Below are positions 52,296 through 64,000 of a stretch of 64,000 nucleotides of DNA, in pieces. Each line of letters starts with the position of its first letter. Position 1 is the first letter of the stretch. The notes beneath the pieces are model-generated. The model was not told where the DNA came from. It did not search any database and saw nothing but the letters and a program-made list of their open reading frames with translations. Both the position numbers and the translations under genes were made by a program. The DNA comes from Octopus vulgaris (taxonomy: Eukaryota): contig OX597821.1 of the NCBI GenBank assembly GCA_951406725.2, positions 80,538,001-80,602,000 of the forward strand, given 5' to 3'.

Positions 52296-53330
52296 TTACT
52301 GAGTCTGGAAGGAGTGCTGCTTGTGAATTTTGCAGGTCCACCTGCTTGACGTTATTAATTTTCGCTTTAAATTGTTGCAGGTCGATACCTGCAGGAGAAA
52401 TACAAGCTGGGAGAAGATGTCAGAAGATCGATGTTCCGAGAGAAAAAAAAAGTGGTTAACGTGGGATGAACAGTGGACATATGAAGAATGATCTAGTGGG
52501 TTGGCAGTGTGTAAGCTGTGGCGATATCGGACGAATCGGTTCCGAAGAACACAAGCCGTTATAGTAACGACAGAATAGGCAAAGAGTGAGAGAGAAACAA
52601 CACACCTGTGGGACAGGTGCAGGAGCGTGTTCGTTAGTGATTGAAAAGCAGTTAGTCGAGCGGTCCAGGATGGCTGTATGCTTAGCAGCAGTACCATCTA
52701 CTTTACTCCATTACTGACCTCTCTTCAACATTGTAGAGTGTCAGCAGGTATTCGGGCTGAAATATTTTCGAGCCCTGAAGAGAAAGGCTTGACGTAGGGT
52801 TATGGTTCTAGCTTTGCTAAGAATGTGTTTCCATCAGAAGGGATCCTCGGTGATAGTGAGGCCTAGCATTTAGGGCAACTGCGAGGGCCCTAGTTGAGTG
52901 CCACTTATATTTAGTGAGATATGGTGTGCTTGCATATTCTTGATATAAGTAGTGCTTGAGTTTTTTCGCTGTTAAAAGAAACAAGGTTAGTGTGATCCCA
53001 CTTGAAGGAGGCGCTCAAAGTCTACGTTTCTAAAATTAATGTTGATGTAACATGCGGTGTGTAATCGTAAGTGGGGAAACCCGAACCCTGACGAACACTA
53101 GAACTGATTGAAGGTGGGGTAGAAAGAGTTCCGTCAACATTTACCACAACAGAGCAATTAAATGGGCAGCTACAGGTCCAAGAAATAAGAGATGGATTGA
53201 ACCATACGGTGAGAAGATTTGACAGGAAAAGTTCTATCCTAGACATTGCCGAAAGTCTTTTTCTGATGTCTGGGGTGATAACATTGTTTTCGTTAAACAT
53301 CTCTAAAGCGAGATCCTTTTAGTGAATGAC
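52296..53330 (-). mobile_element. Degenerate CR1/Jockey-group LINE, RT C-terminal half
   Basis: Minus strand reads VVVNVDGTLSTPPSISSSVRQGSG, WDHTNLVSFNSEKTQALLI, FLFRARKYFSPEYLLTLYNVEERSVME, and a YYNGLCSSE-like segment. Confidence 0.75.
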
Positions 53331-53456
53331 ATAAACTATTAGTATTTGATGTTTCCGGATACTTTCATATCACTACAAGATGAACAACGTCAATGGCAGA
53401 ATGCTCCCTCTTACATTCTACAATGATTAACTGTATTGGTAGGATTATCAGGCAGA

Positions 53457-53689
53457 GGAATTGTTAATAATTTTCAAACGTCTTTGACAAGGAGGTGTTA
53501 ACTTGCTTGCATGACCGTTTCAGGAATTCTACGAGAATGATAATTCCGTTTGATAGACTTGTCTAGAATTCAGGAATTGTTTATAATTTTCAAATGTCTT
53601 TGACAAGGAAGTGCTAATTCACTCGCATGGCCGTTTCAGGAACTCTACGGATATATATGGTTATTCCGTCTAATAGACTTGTCTAGAAC
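53457..53689. repeat. Tandem duplication, ~116-bp unit x2
   Basis: GGAATTGTT.ATAATTTTCAAA.GTCTTTGACAAGGA.GTG.TAA..GCATG.CCGTTTCAGGAA.TCTACG..ATTCCGT...ATAGACTTGTCTAGAA occurs twice. Confidence 0.85.
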
Positions 53690-54429
53690 ATAAGGAAAAC
53701 AAACAAAAAGTGCTCTGTATTCAAGTTTTGGGTCACGAGAACGTTGACCTACGCAATTATATCAAACGGCGGTTATCGCATGTAGGAAGCTTTTAGTTAT
53801 TATCAAGTGACTTTTGCCATGAGCGACCAACTGATTTTCTTTGGTAAAACGTGTTTATCTGTAAAGTGAAAAGGCGTAATATGATGGGAGAAACAGATAT
53901 TCAGATATTCAACAAAATACGCATGAACTTCTAACTACTGAGAAAAACTCTCAATGGCTTAAAAGATCATTCGACTTTTTAGAAATAGCTGTCAAATCAA
54001 CTTCAGTTATACCCATTATATCGTCTTATTAATGACCTATAAGGACACCGTATTTCGTTATGCAACCATAGTATACTTTGAAGTATAATAAATGTTCTTT
54101 ATTAGTCAATACTGTCTTCTACTGTGTTAGCAGAGCTATTGTATGATTTCTATAGAAAATCTGCTGAGATAATCTTAACAACTCTGTCGTCTTAATAAAA
54201 TGGAAAACAACAGTTGGAAAATGTAATCTATTTATGTTATTCCTGAAACTAATGTAGCATGGCCACAGATGAAAATTCTCTCGACAGAGGTTTGCACAAT
54301 CAGGGCTGGCTTGTGACTAAACAATAAACTCAACATGCAAGTGGGAGTGAACCCGGAGCCATGTGGTTGGGAAGCATGGACTTGCCTCTCCACTCCTGCG
54401 CCTATATATATTATATATATATATGTATA

Positions 54430-54872
54430 CTAGCTGGAGTACCCGGTAATTCCTGAATTCCCGGGGGTAAAGATGTTCTACTGAAACACCTTATTACTTT
54501 GATATAAGAAAGCAATTTCGTTATAACTAATAAAGTATAAAAGTGATATTGTCTACAAAAATTAGAAATAGGACACACAAAAAATGAAATGGGTTATTTC
54601 CCTTGGGTGTTTAAAAAATATTCTACAGGTGCTATGGGTTATTTCCTTTGGCTGTATAAAAAACAAAATAGCTATATGAGGTAGATATAAAGGTCCCTTC
54701 CAGGGGCCGTATTATCGGTTTTTTCAACAATCTAAGTATGTCACGAGCTTTCTAGACAAGAGTTCTACTTAAATGTCAAGTTTCATCAAAATCAATAAAA
54801 CGATGTAGGAGGAGTTAGCTAACAACTCCACAAACAAACACAGAGACAGAATTTCCCACATATGTAGTGTAT
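54430..54872 (-). mobile_element. Non-autonomous Helitron, second family
   Basis: Minus strand ends ACCCCCGGGAATT..AATTACCGGGTACTCCAG-CTAG|T (hairpin plus CTAG); the 5' region carries TCTGTCTCTGTGTTTGTTTGT. Confidence 0.7.
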
Positions 54873-55288
54873 ATATATATATATATATACATGTGTGTGT
54901 GTGTTTGTCCTCTCCACTACTTGACAACCGGTGCTAGTTTTTTTACGTTCCCTTAACTAAGCAGTTCGGCAAAAGACCCGATTGAATAAGTACCATACCT
55001 AAAATAAATAAATAAATATTTGGGTCGATTCGAGTGACTACTACCACCTCCACGACCACCACCACTCTCTTCCCTTCTAGGCGGTGCCCCATCCTGACCA
55101 CAATACAATAACTGAATCAAGTAAAATAAAAAAAAAAGGAGCAAATCAAATGATGTTTGTTGGACATTTACTTTCTGTCGTTGATCACATTTATGATGGC
55201 GTAATTATATTATTAGGTAACGATTAGTCATAGAGAGTGAGTTGGTTCTATTTCCCGATATAATTATTTTGTAAAATTTGCAATCAAT

Positions 55289-56175
55289 ATTCTAGTAATT
55301 GTTTTATGGCGGCGACGACGGCGGCTGCCAGAAGCGATCGCGCACCAGGCAAAATGTTTAGCGACATTTCATACGTCTTTATGTTCTGAGTTCAAATTCT
55401 GCCGAGGTCGACTTTGCCTTTCATCCTTTCGAGGTCGATTAAAGAAGTACCAGTTACGCACTGGGGTCGATATAATCGACTTAATCCGTTTGTCTGTCCT
55501 TGCTTGTTCCCTCTGTGTGTAGCCCCTTGTGGGCAGTAAAGAAATAGGTATTTCGTCTGACTTTACGTTCTGAGTTCAAATTCCGCCGAGGTCGACTTTG
55601 CCTTTCATCCTTTCGGGGTCGATTAGATAAGTATCAGTTACGCACTGGGGTCGATATAATCGCCTTAATCCGTTTGTCTGTCCTTGTTTGTCCTCTCTGT
55701 GTTTAGTCCGTTGTGAGTCGTAAAGAAATAGAAATAGGTATTTCATCTGTCTTTACGTTCTGAGTTCAAATTCCGTGGAAGTCGACTTTGCGTTTCAATC
55801 CTTTCAGGGTCGTTATATTAAGTGCCACTTGCGTACTGGGGTCGATCTAATTGACTGGCCTCATTCCCCAAAATTTCGGGCCTTGTGCCTAGAATAGAAA
55901 AGAACATTCTAGTAATTGTTTTATGGTGGCAACAGCGGCGACGGCGGCGGCGGCTGGCAGAAGCGATAGCGCACCAGGCAAAATGCTTAGCGGCATTTCG
56001 TCTGCCGCTACGTTCTAAGTTCAAATTCCGGCGGGGTCGACTTTGCCTTTCATCCTTTCGGGGTCGATAAATTAAGAACCAGTCAAGCACTGGAGTCCAT
56101 GTAACCGACTTTTCCCCTCCTTTGAAATTGCTATCCTTGTGCTAAAATTTGGAATCAATATTCTAGTGATTGTTT
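55289..56175 (+). mobile_element. Tandem SINE B array: head plus three core units, then a second head plus core
   Basis: Four GTTCAAATTC..GTCGACTTTGC cores; spacer ATTCTAGT(A/G)ATTGTTT at 55289, 55906 and 56160. Confidence 0.85.
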
Positions 56176-56301
56176 CTTTTACTAGCCACAGAAATTTTAC
56201 CTAATGTATCCCAAAAGGTTTTATTGAAATCATCCATCGTCGTCACTCGCAAACGAGTGTGCCTTAGCAGCGTTTACCATGCTTTCGTTAATTGTTTAGG
56301 T

Positions 56302-56530
56302 AAGTATTTCTAAACCATTTTTCACTCGTAGGCCCCTGTGGACCCATAGCCATTCGATGTATTAAAAAATCCTATTATATTTTTAATAATTGAATATTAA
56401 TAGGAATTATATTTTAAAAAACTATTAATATATTTTGTATATCGTAGAAGTATCACCAATTTATTGTATATGAATGTTAACATCAAACTCTTATATGGAC
56501 CCCTAAGGGCCATATGAACCCCAGATGAGT
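56302..56530. mobile_element. Decayed hAT-like MITE
   Basis: Repeated GGACCC(C) subterminal motifs at both ends with an AT-rich middle; TIRs are eroded. Confidence 0.35.
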
Positions 56531-58002
56531 GCATATATAGTTGCGAGCAGACTATAAGACTATACAGAAACCTTGGCCCAGCAGAACATGACGATGTGAC
56601 AGCTGAAAAGAGAGAAGAGGTGAATGAGTGGGTCAGAGAAAGGCTGCACGAGCATTAGTAGAGACTTTCAGCTAAGTTGACTCTCCTTTCTTGAGAATAC
56701 AACGTGCAGCCTATTCCACGAATCGAACGCACAGCTCTAACCTTTAGGCCACGCGTCAAGTAGCTAAATATGAGTGCCTCGGTAATTTGATTTCTCAACA
56801 AGATTAGATGTAATGCTTACGGGTAGGATGAAGAGAGAGAGAGAGAGAGAGAGAGAAGGAGTAGGGAGGGAGAGGAAGAGACTCGTTAGACTCTCGGTAT
56901 GAATAGTTGCAGTATTGAATGTATAAAGCTTTGACAAGACGAAAGGATAAATAAATATTTAATTTAGTCTTTGTGATTGTTACAGCAGTGTGTACATGGA
57001 TAACAGGCAACGCTCAGAACACACAGCATGGGTGGAGCTCTGTTTGAAGAGAGGCGACCAATATAGAGACAGTTTCATTAAGAAATGCACGAAGTACATG
57101 CTACGTGAATAGGGAACCGGAGTGAGTGTCGGAGTGGAGAAGCGGCGGGGTGAATCGTTGGGCTTTAAGTGGCGAGGAAAAGGAAAAAAATCGTTGTAAA
57201 ATAGTGAGGGAATAGGTCAAAGATTAAGATATCATGGCCAAAGAATAGATTATATAGATATAAAAATTTATGTTGTATGTAGATCAATAATGTTTAGAGT
57301 TCCACTGAAGTATAGGTCTGTTGGTTTAGAAGGAAGATTTCTCTAGAACTTACAAATGTTGCCATGTCAGAACAGCGATGTTAAGAGCTAGAATGGAACT
57401 ACTTTTCTTGTTCTCACCGATAGATCGTGGCTTCAAAGTAACGGAAAGCGATGTGTCTGTGGTCAGAACAACTAGACAGACATCAAATATATCTTTGCTT
57501 CGATGTGGTCAGTAACCGAAAAGAATGGCGTGAAACCACATTAAGAAGCAACGGTTTGCTCGAGGTTCATTTGGTCAGATTGATGTGTAGAACGACACCA
57601 CTAACAACACCACCAACAACACCAACACCAACACCACTACCACTACCACCATCACCAACAAGTCTTGTATCTACCTACACCATAAATAGCTACTTGACGT
57701 ATTAACATCGATTTGAGAATCGAGTCAAATGACATATGTATGAAATATTAATTCCACATAGTGCTACCGCTGTCTGGTTGAGAGAATCCCTGATGACTGC
57801 AAAGTTAGGATCGATAAAGACAAGTGCTACAGAAGCAGATCTTAGGTTGACTTTTGAATTTGAAATCACAGCTGAGGGCTATGAGCAATACACTACAAGA
57901 TGTGTGGTAGTAGTGCGCATACACGTATTCGTGTGTGTGTGTGTCTATACATACACATATACATACATGCGTGCATACATGCATACATACATACATTCAT
58001 GC

Positions 58003-58033
<31 letters not shown>

Positions 58034-58049
58034 CATACATACATGTATA

Positions 58050-58116
<67 letters not shown>

Positions 58117-59029
58117 ATATATGTATATTTGTGTGTGGTTGTGTGTGTGTTTGTGTGTGTCTATACATACACATATACATACATGCGTGTATACATGCAT
58201 ACATACATACACACACATATATATATATATACATATATAAAAGTAAATATATATGTATACATGTATGCATACACACACATACACACATATATATATGTAT
58301 GCATATATGCATGCATACACACACACACACGCACACACACACACACATATATATATATACATACATATATACATACATACATACATATATACACCTATAC
58401 ATGTGTGCATATATGTATGTGTTGTGTGCGCGTGCGTGTGAGTGATAGTTACTATATGAATAAATGTGTATGTGTTAGTGTAACAGAGAGTGTATATGTA
58501 AGTATACGTATGTGCCTGTGTGTATGAATGTTCACAAAAGGATATGAGTGAATGTATTCATCGGTGGGTTTAATCATGTGTGTATGTGTAAACGTCTGTT
58601 TACGCATATGGTTGTGTGCGTGTGTGCGTGCACGTGGGTGCGTGCGTGCGTTTATGTGTGTACATTGGGGGATTGTTTGCAAATGATATCAACATTTGAA
58701 TACTATGAATAAGAATAGTAACTAATAATCTGCTGTATAACTAATGTGGTCATAGTTTCCAAAGCATCTCTGTTGATAATCAATAACATCGGAAAAGTTT
58801 CGTGTTAGATTTCTTTTACACTGGTAGTTCAATGGAATTATACTTGCTGGTAAGAAACAATACAAATATGATATTTTGTCGGTGGCTCAACCAGAGAAAG
58901 AAATATCCGTGGTCTCCGTAACGCCTCCATTACTAGTGAGAGAATGGTAAGAAGCTAGATTTGGTCCGAATATTTGCAATAGACCAGATTCAGGTAATGG
59001 GGGTGAAACTTGGTGACAGATTACGTTTT

Positions 59030-59385
59030 CTTCTTACCCTAGGTATCATCCCTCCTGAAAGAGGAACCCTTCCTGGACTCCTTCCACCGCTGTCTATCTT
59101 TGGTCATTTGTGCCCACGTAGGCCCCAGGTAGCGGGTGACATCATCTCGCCTTCTTGTCTTTGGTCGACCTCTTGATCTTGTCCATTGTCTTGGTGTCCA
59201 TTACGTCACCCTGATTGTCCCTCTGTTGTCCTTCACTCACCCGATGTGGCCAACCCATTTATATTTGTTCTCCTTGATGGTTCCTATGATGTTGACTCTC
59301 TTGTGCTGTCGAATCCAGGCGTGTGTTTTCTTGTCCCGCAATGTGATACCGAAGATGATTCGTTCTATTTTCCGTTGGGCTAAAA
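59030..59385 (-). mobile_element. RTE-X-like LINE 3' fragment
   Basis: AQRKIERIIFGITLRDKKTHAWIRQH..KYKWVGHIG*VKDNRGTIRVT*WTPRQWTRSRGRPKTRRRDD. Confidence 0.85.
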
Positions 59386-59639
59386 AAATTAAAACATAAG
59401 AATAATGGAACCGTCTTTCCCATGAACGCCACACAGTTTCATCAGATCAAATTTCATTCAGAAGGCATTGATCGAAGCTATGAAGTCGCTAAGTGTAATT
59501 CGGGACAACGTGGATTTGAAGCAAAATTCGGACACCTTATCTCTTCACACCTTCTGATAATTCTCTCCCTCTCATCACTGAATGTGAGTAGCCATGCAGC
59601 TCCTCTACAAGAACCTGCTCTGCCTATCCCCATCTTCCA

Positions 59640-59935
59640 AGTATATTTTGATCCTTCATCTCCCCACATAAAGGCTACCCCTTCCCTTGGGTTTGGTAGT
59701 CTTGCGAGTTGTATGCCGACCTCAGTAGTGCTGGCGACATGAAGAAAACACCAACTACACACAATGAAGTGTTTGGAGTTAGGAAGAGCATCCAACCGTG
59801 GAAATCATGCCCATGCAGGCACTGGAGCACGATGCAATCTTTGGACCCACCGGATTCTGTCGAACTGTCCAACTCATGCAACATAGATGATGATGATGAC
59901 GACGACGGCGACGACGACGATGATGATGATGATGA
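59640..59935 (+). mobile_element. SINE-like 3' portion ending in (GAT)n
   Basis: GTTAGGAAGAGCATCCAACCGTGGAAA..GATTCTGTCGAACTGTCCAACTCATGCAACAT followed by (GAT)n; the motif is recalled from invertebrate SINE tails. Confidence 0.4.
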
Positions 59936-60802
59936 GGAGGAGGAGGAGGAGGAGGAGGAGGAGGAGGAGGCAGTATTGGGGAGGGGGAGGGGGGATACGA
60001 TGATGATGACGACGACGACAACATGCCTGCACAACCAGGGCTGTATTGCCATGGTAATGCCGCTACGCCTGCGATTATTTTAGTTGAACAATGCTTCATG
60101 TTAGGAAAAAAGGGTTTATTCTGCTTCTGAAGAACACAATAATCACTTGAATATTTCAAATACTACCGAGTTACCATTGTCTTCCATCCTACCTGGAACG
60201 GTAAAGTAAAAATACTTGTCATGTTCAGGAAGTCCATTTAGTCAACTACACCTTTTCCCTCGAATGTGTGGTTTTGTGCTCATGTTAAAAATCATATTTA
60301 CTATTACTACCGTAAAAGGATAGAGAATGACTAAATGCTTAAGCGTCGAACAAAATGCTGTATTTAGCTACATATTCAGGAATTAAATCCCACCTGAGGT
60401 GACTTCGACTTTCCTCCTTCTAGATTCGACAAAATAGGAACCAGTCAAGGCAGATTTAATCCAATTTCCGTCTCCTAAAATCTGTCCTGTATTCTAGTAT
60501 CAGAGATCATTATTATACTAAAAATTCAGTGAAATATGTTTGAGTTCTTACTGTCTTGTCTCTCTGTTATACTTACCTGTCTGTTTATGATCTTTTCCTT
60601 GTATTTTCTCTACTCATTACTAAATACCTTTGTTCGAACTTTCGTCATTCTATCCTCTCCTCTGTTATCACACTATTTAAAGATCTTTATCAGTCTCGCT
60701 ATAATTACTCGGTATTTCATTGGGTCGAGACATCACCTCCATTTCTAAGAGACTAAGATATTATCTATCAAACACTACTACAGAATATGCGCTATGTGGT
60801 TG

Positions 60803-60900
<98 letters not shown>

Positions 60901-62895
60901 TCTGTTTTTGTGTCGGGTTTTATATAAAAACAACGTTAAGCTGAAGGGTAATTCAATACTTTTTAGTAGATTACATATATAGAACTTCTTTTAAGAAAAA
61001 GATTAACAGTGACTTCAAAGTTTTCTTTCTTCTCCTTCATCAGACTTCATTTAGTACATACACGTGCGTGCATATCCATGTTTACATTATGATTCATTGG
61101 CCAAATTCGAAAAGTTACAAATTCGCGAGCCAATAATAAGAAGATTTCCGTAGAATCAATGAGTTTCCCTTCTTTTCCCAACAAGATTCTCCAGCTATCA
61201 GAATAATATTTAATTCTATAGTATGTTTGTAAAGACGTATGGGCTAGTGGTTAGGGGCGTTCTACTGACAGTCATAAGGTTGCCGGCTCAATTACTAACT
61301 AAGGCGTTGCATTACGATCCTTGAGCAAGGTACTTCAATTCACGCTGCTCCAATTAACTCACCTATGGAGAGTAATAGCCGTGTGCAGGTTCGGCTCTCT
61401 CTTTTTCTAGCTATCACATCCTAGACGTTCCCTTGAATCACGTGTGAGGGAAACGAGAGCGTATCTATGTCCAGCCAGGTCTACATGGACAATTAACACA
61501 AAAGCACGGGGCTTCTTGCCAAGCCATACTCGCTTGTGAGTGACGGATGACTTCACTGTACTTGCGATATAGTTTGACTCTTTTCATATATATGCTTTGT
61601 AAATTTGATCTTCGATTCATAAACCAGTTCAGGAAGTCATACATTTGATACGAAAGTAGTTTCGATCATTTATCCGTTTTTTTACACAATTCCATTCTTC
61701 CTCTCCAATATTCAAAGCTGGATAAAACTGTGGCAAACACAAAAATTATATCCTACGTATAATGTAACATCGTTGTTTACCATCCAGGTGTGATAACCTG
61801 CCGAGATAACCCGTAGAGAACAAAGATCAATTTCTTGATGCGGCCATCAATAATATGTTATCTGTATTTTGATACAATGAAACATATCATCTTCGAGTGA
61901 AAGGTAGTGGTCGGTTATAAAGGACACTTCTTATCAATTGGTGTGAATTGTTACGAACCAACTGGTGTGATGTGCACATAGATGAATAGGTTTTTAATGA
62001 TCTCAACAAGAGATGAGATTAAATATATAAGCTTCATAAAACTGAATGTATGGAGGTCATCTAAATATCATTATTATTATTAATAATACGAAGAAGAAGA
62101 ATGTGACATTTTGGTAACTTTGTCTTCGGGCGTTATAAAGGTTATAAATCTGACTAACTAGATACTGTTGTGGCTATTTGGTACTTTTATGAATAAAAAG
62201 ATGAAAACTAGCCTACATACATACTAGACAGGTGTTCTAAACATTTCCTTAGGGAACGAAAGAGGGAGGAGGTTTCGTTATTGTATATAAAAGGCATCAA
62301 GTATACTTAGTAAAACTAAAACAAAACAAAAAACAAGCACTTAACGAGGTAGAGATGCTTCAAGCGATTCAGGTTAAAGGGTAGAAGACAGCCAAGAAAA
62401 GTTGATACGCTCTTCTAGTGAGATCAAGTTTTCGTTATAATGCCAATATGCTGACTGTTTAACGTTGTATATACTACGTACACTAAATATTTGTTTCACA
62501 GTCTTTTTCGGTACCTTAAGGGGTTATTGTCGGTAAATTATACACACTGATGCTACGCAGATACCAATAAAACAGAAACAAATAGGTGCGTGTGTGTACG
62601 TGTTTATGTCCATACGTATATGTGTGTATAGGTGCGTGTGTGTGAGAGAGTTTGTGTGCGTGCGTGTGTGTTTATGCGTGTGTGTGTGTGTGTGTGCGTA
62701 TACGTGTATGTGTGTTTAATTTTAAGCAGAATGATAAATAAAAGCTGTCAAACATTAAATGCAACGCTTTCCAGTAGAGTATCATAAGTAACAATATGAT
62801 GACAGCGAGTAAGTAGAAACTTCGAAGTCACTGTCAACATTTCCCTTGCACACACACATATGTATAGAGAAAAGTATGTATATATGTATGTATAC

Positions 62896-62948
<53 letters not shown>

Positions 62949-62967
62949 GAGATATTTATGCATATAC

Positions 62968-63425
62968 ACAAGCAGAAGGACCCGGTTTCACTCGGGTTAT
63001 AAACTCATAACCTTAACACAATACAGTTTGATGCTTGAAGTGTAAGATTAGAGTATTTCTCAAAAATTATACCAACTTTTAACACTCAAGAACACAGGTT
63101 CTGAAATGAAATAGAAGCGGTTATACATAAATGTGCGTGTCCAGGTAGCGATAGTTGCTACGTCAATACCGGAAGTAAACAATGAAAAACTTGTTATTAC
63201 GTCAATAACGGAAGTTGACACTGAAAAACTTTTTAAAAGAAGTGAATCAATGTATATAAAGCAGTATTATTTATTTTATTTAGTTTTAATAAAAAAATAA
63301 TTGAAAACCCTGTTATGTATCCGAGTTCAAATTATTCATGCACCCCAAGTATGCGACCAATTCGAGCAGCCGTTTTTGCGTGAAAAGCGAATATACACAC
63401 AGAAGACTATTTTGTATAATATGTT
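62968..63425 (-). mobile_element. Non-autonomous Helitron-like element, third family
   Basis: Plus-strand ACAAGCAGAAGGACCCGGTTTCACTCGGGTT corresponds to a mutated CTAG plus the ACCCG/CGGGT hairpin; the far end GCAGCCGTTTTTGCGTGAAA..CACACAGA is typical of short Helitrons. Confidence 0.55.
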
Positions 63426-63458
63426 GACATTAATATATATAATGTATATATGTATGTA

Positions 63459-63504
<46 letters not shown>

Positions 63505-63591
63505 GTATATATATATATGTGTGTGTGTGTATGTATATTTATATATGCATATATGTATGTATCTATATATATATAAATATATATATATATA

Positions 63592-63640
<49 letters not shown>

Positions 63641-63701
63641 GGATAAATATCAGCGTATTAGGTGTCCTATTAGGGTCATCTTTTATGTGTTTAAATGTAC
63701 A

Positions 63702-63748
<47 letters not shown>

Positions 63749-63843
63749 GTGTGTGTGTGTGTGTGCGTGTGTGTATGTATATCTACATATGCATATATAT
63801 ATATATATATATATATATGAATTTGTATAAATGCACAATCACG

Positions 63844-63900
<57 letters not shown>

Positions 63901-64000
63901 AAGGGTTGTACTGAAAGTAATGCAAAGTGGGCACAACTTTTATTAACTGAAAACTGTTCGAACGGTAGTTGGCATGGTAACCCTCCCTCTTTACTTCCGA

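Noticed and set aside
55370-55905. Regularly spaced repeats as a CRISPR-like array
   Set aside because: Whole units are homologous SINE cores with no unique spacers, the context is eukaryotic and there are no cas genes.
57736-58527. Long IY/HT/CV/YLSI-rich ORFs here and throughout (e.g. 5459-5956, 10971-11483, 43236-44813)
   Set aside because: Translations of stop-free microsatellites.

Overview
AT-rich, repeat-saturated eukaryotic DNA with no host protein-coding exon that I can support. The SINE families and the microsatellite load resemble coleoid cephalopod (Octopus-like) genomes; this is an inference from recalled repeat sequences. Nearly all long ORFs are translations of (TA)n, (CA)n, (TACA)n, (TAGA)n, (TTA)n or (TTC)n tracts. 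Real content: two abundant tRNA-headed SINE families; three 5'-truncated R4/Dong LINEs chained through (TAA)n; RTE-clade LINE fragments, one uninterrupted and GC-rich and one with a twin-priming-type 5' inversion; a CR1/Jockey-group fragment; a Gypsy provirus with both LTRs, PBS, PPT and a 5-bp TSD but no RT/RNase H; Penelope-like 3' ends carrying minimal hammerhead-ribozyme-like motifs with non-canonical cores; Tc1 and mariner relics; a hAT MITE; and four non-autonomous Helitrons. Most interesting: a TIR-bounded element enclosing a near-complete tRNA cloverleaf with its own Pol III terminator, the variant hammerhead motifs, the inverted RTE, a perfect 176-bp SINE foldback and a pre-miRNA-like hairpin. 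All alignments and folds were done by eye.
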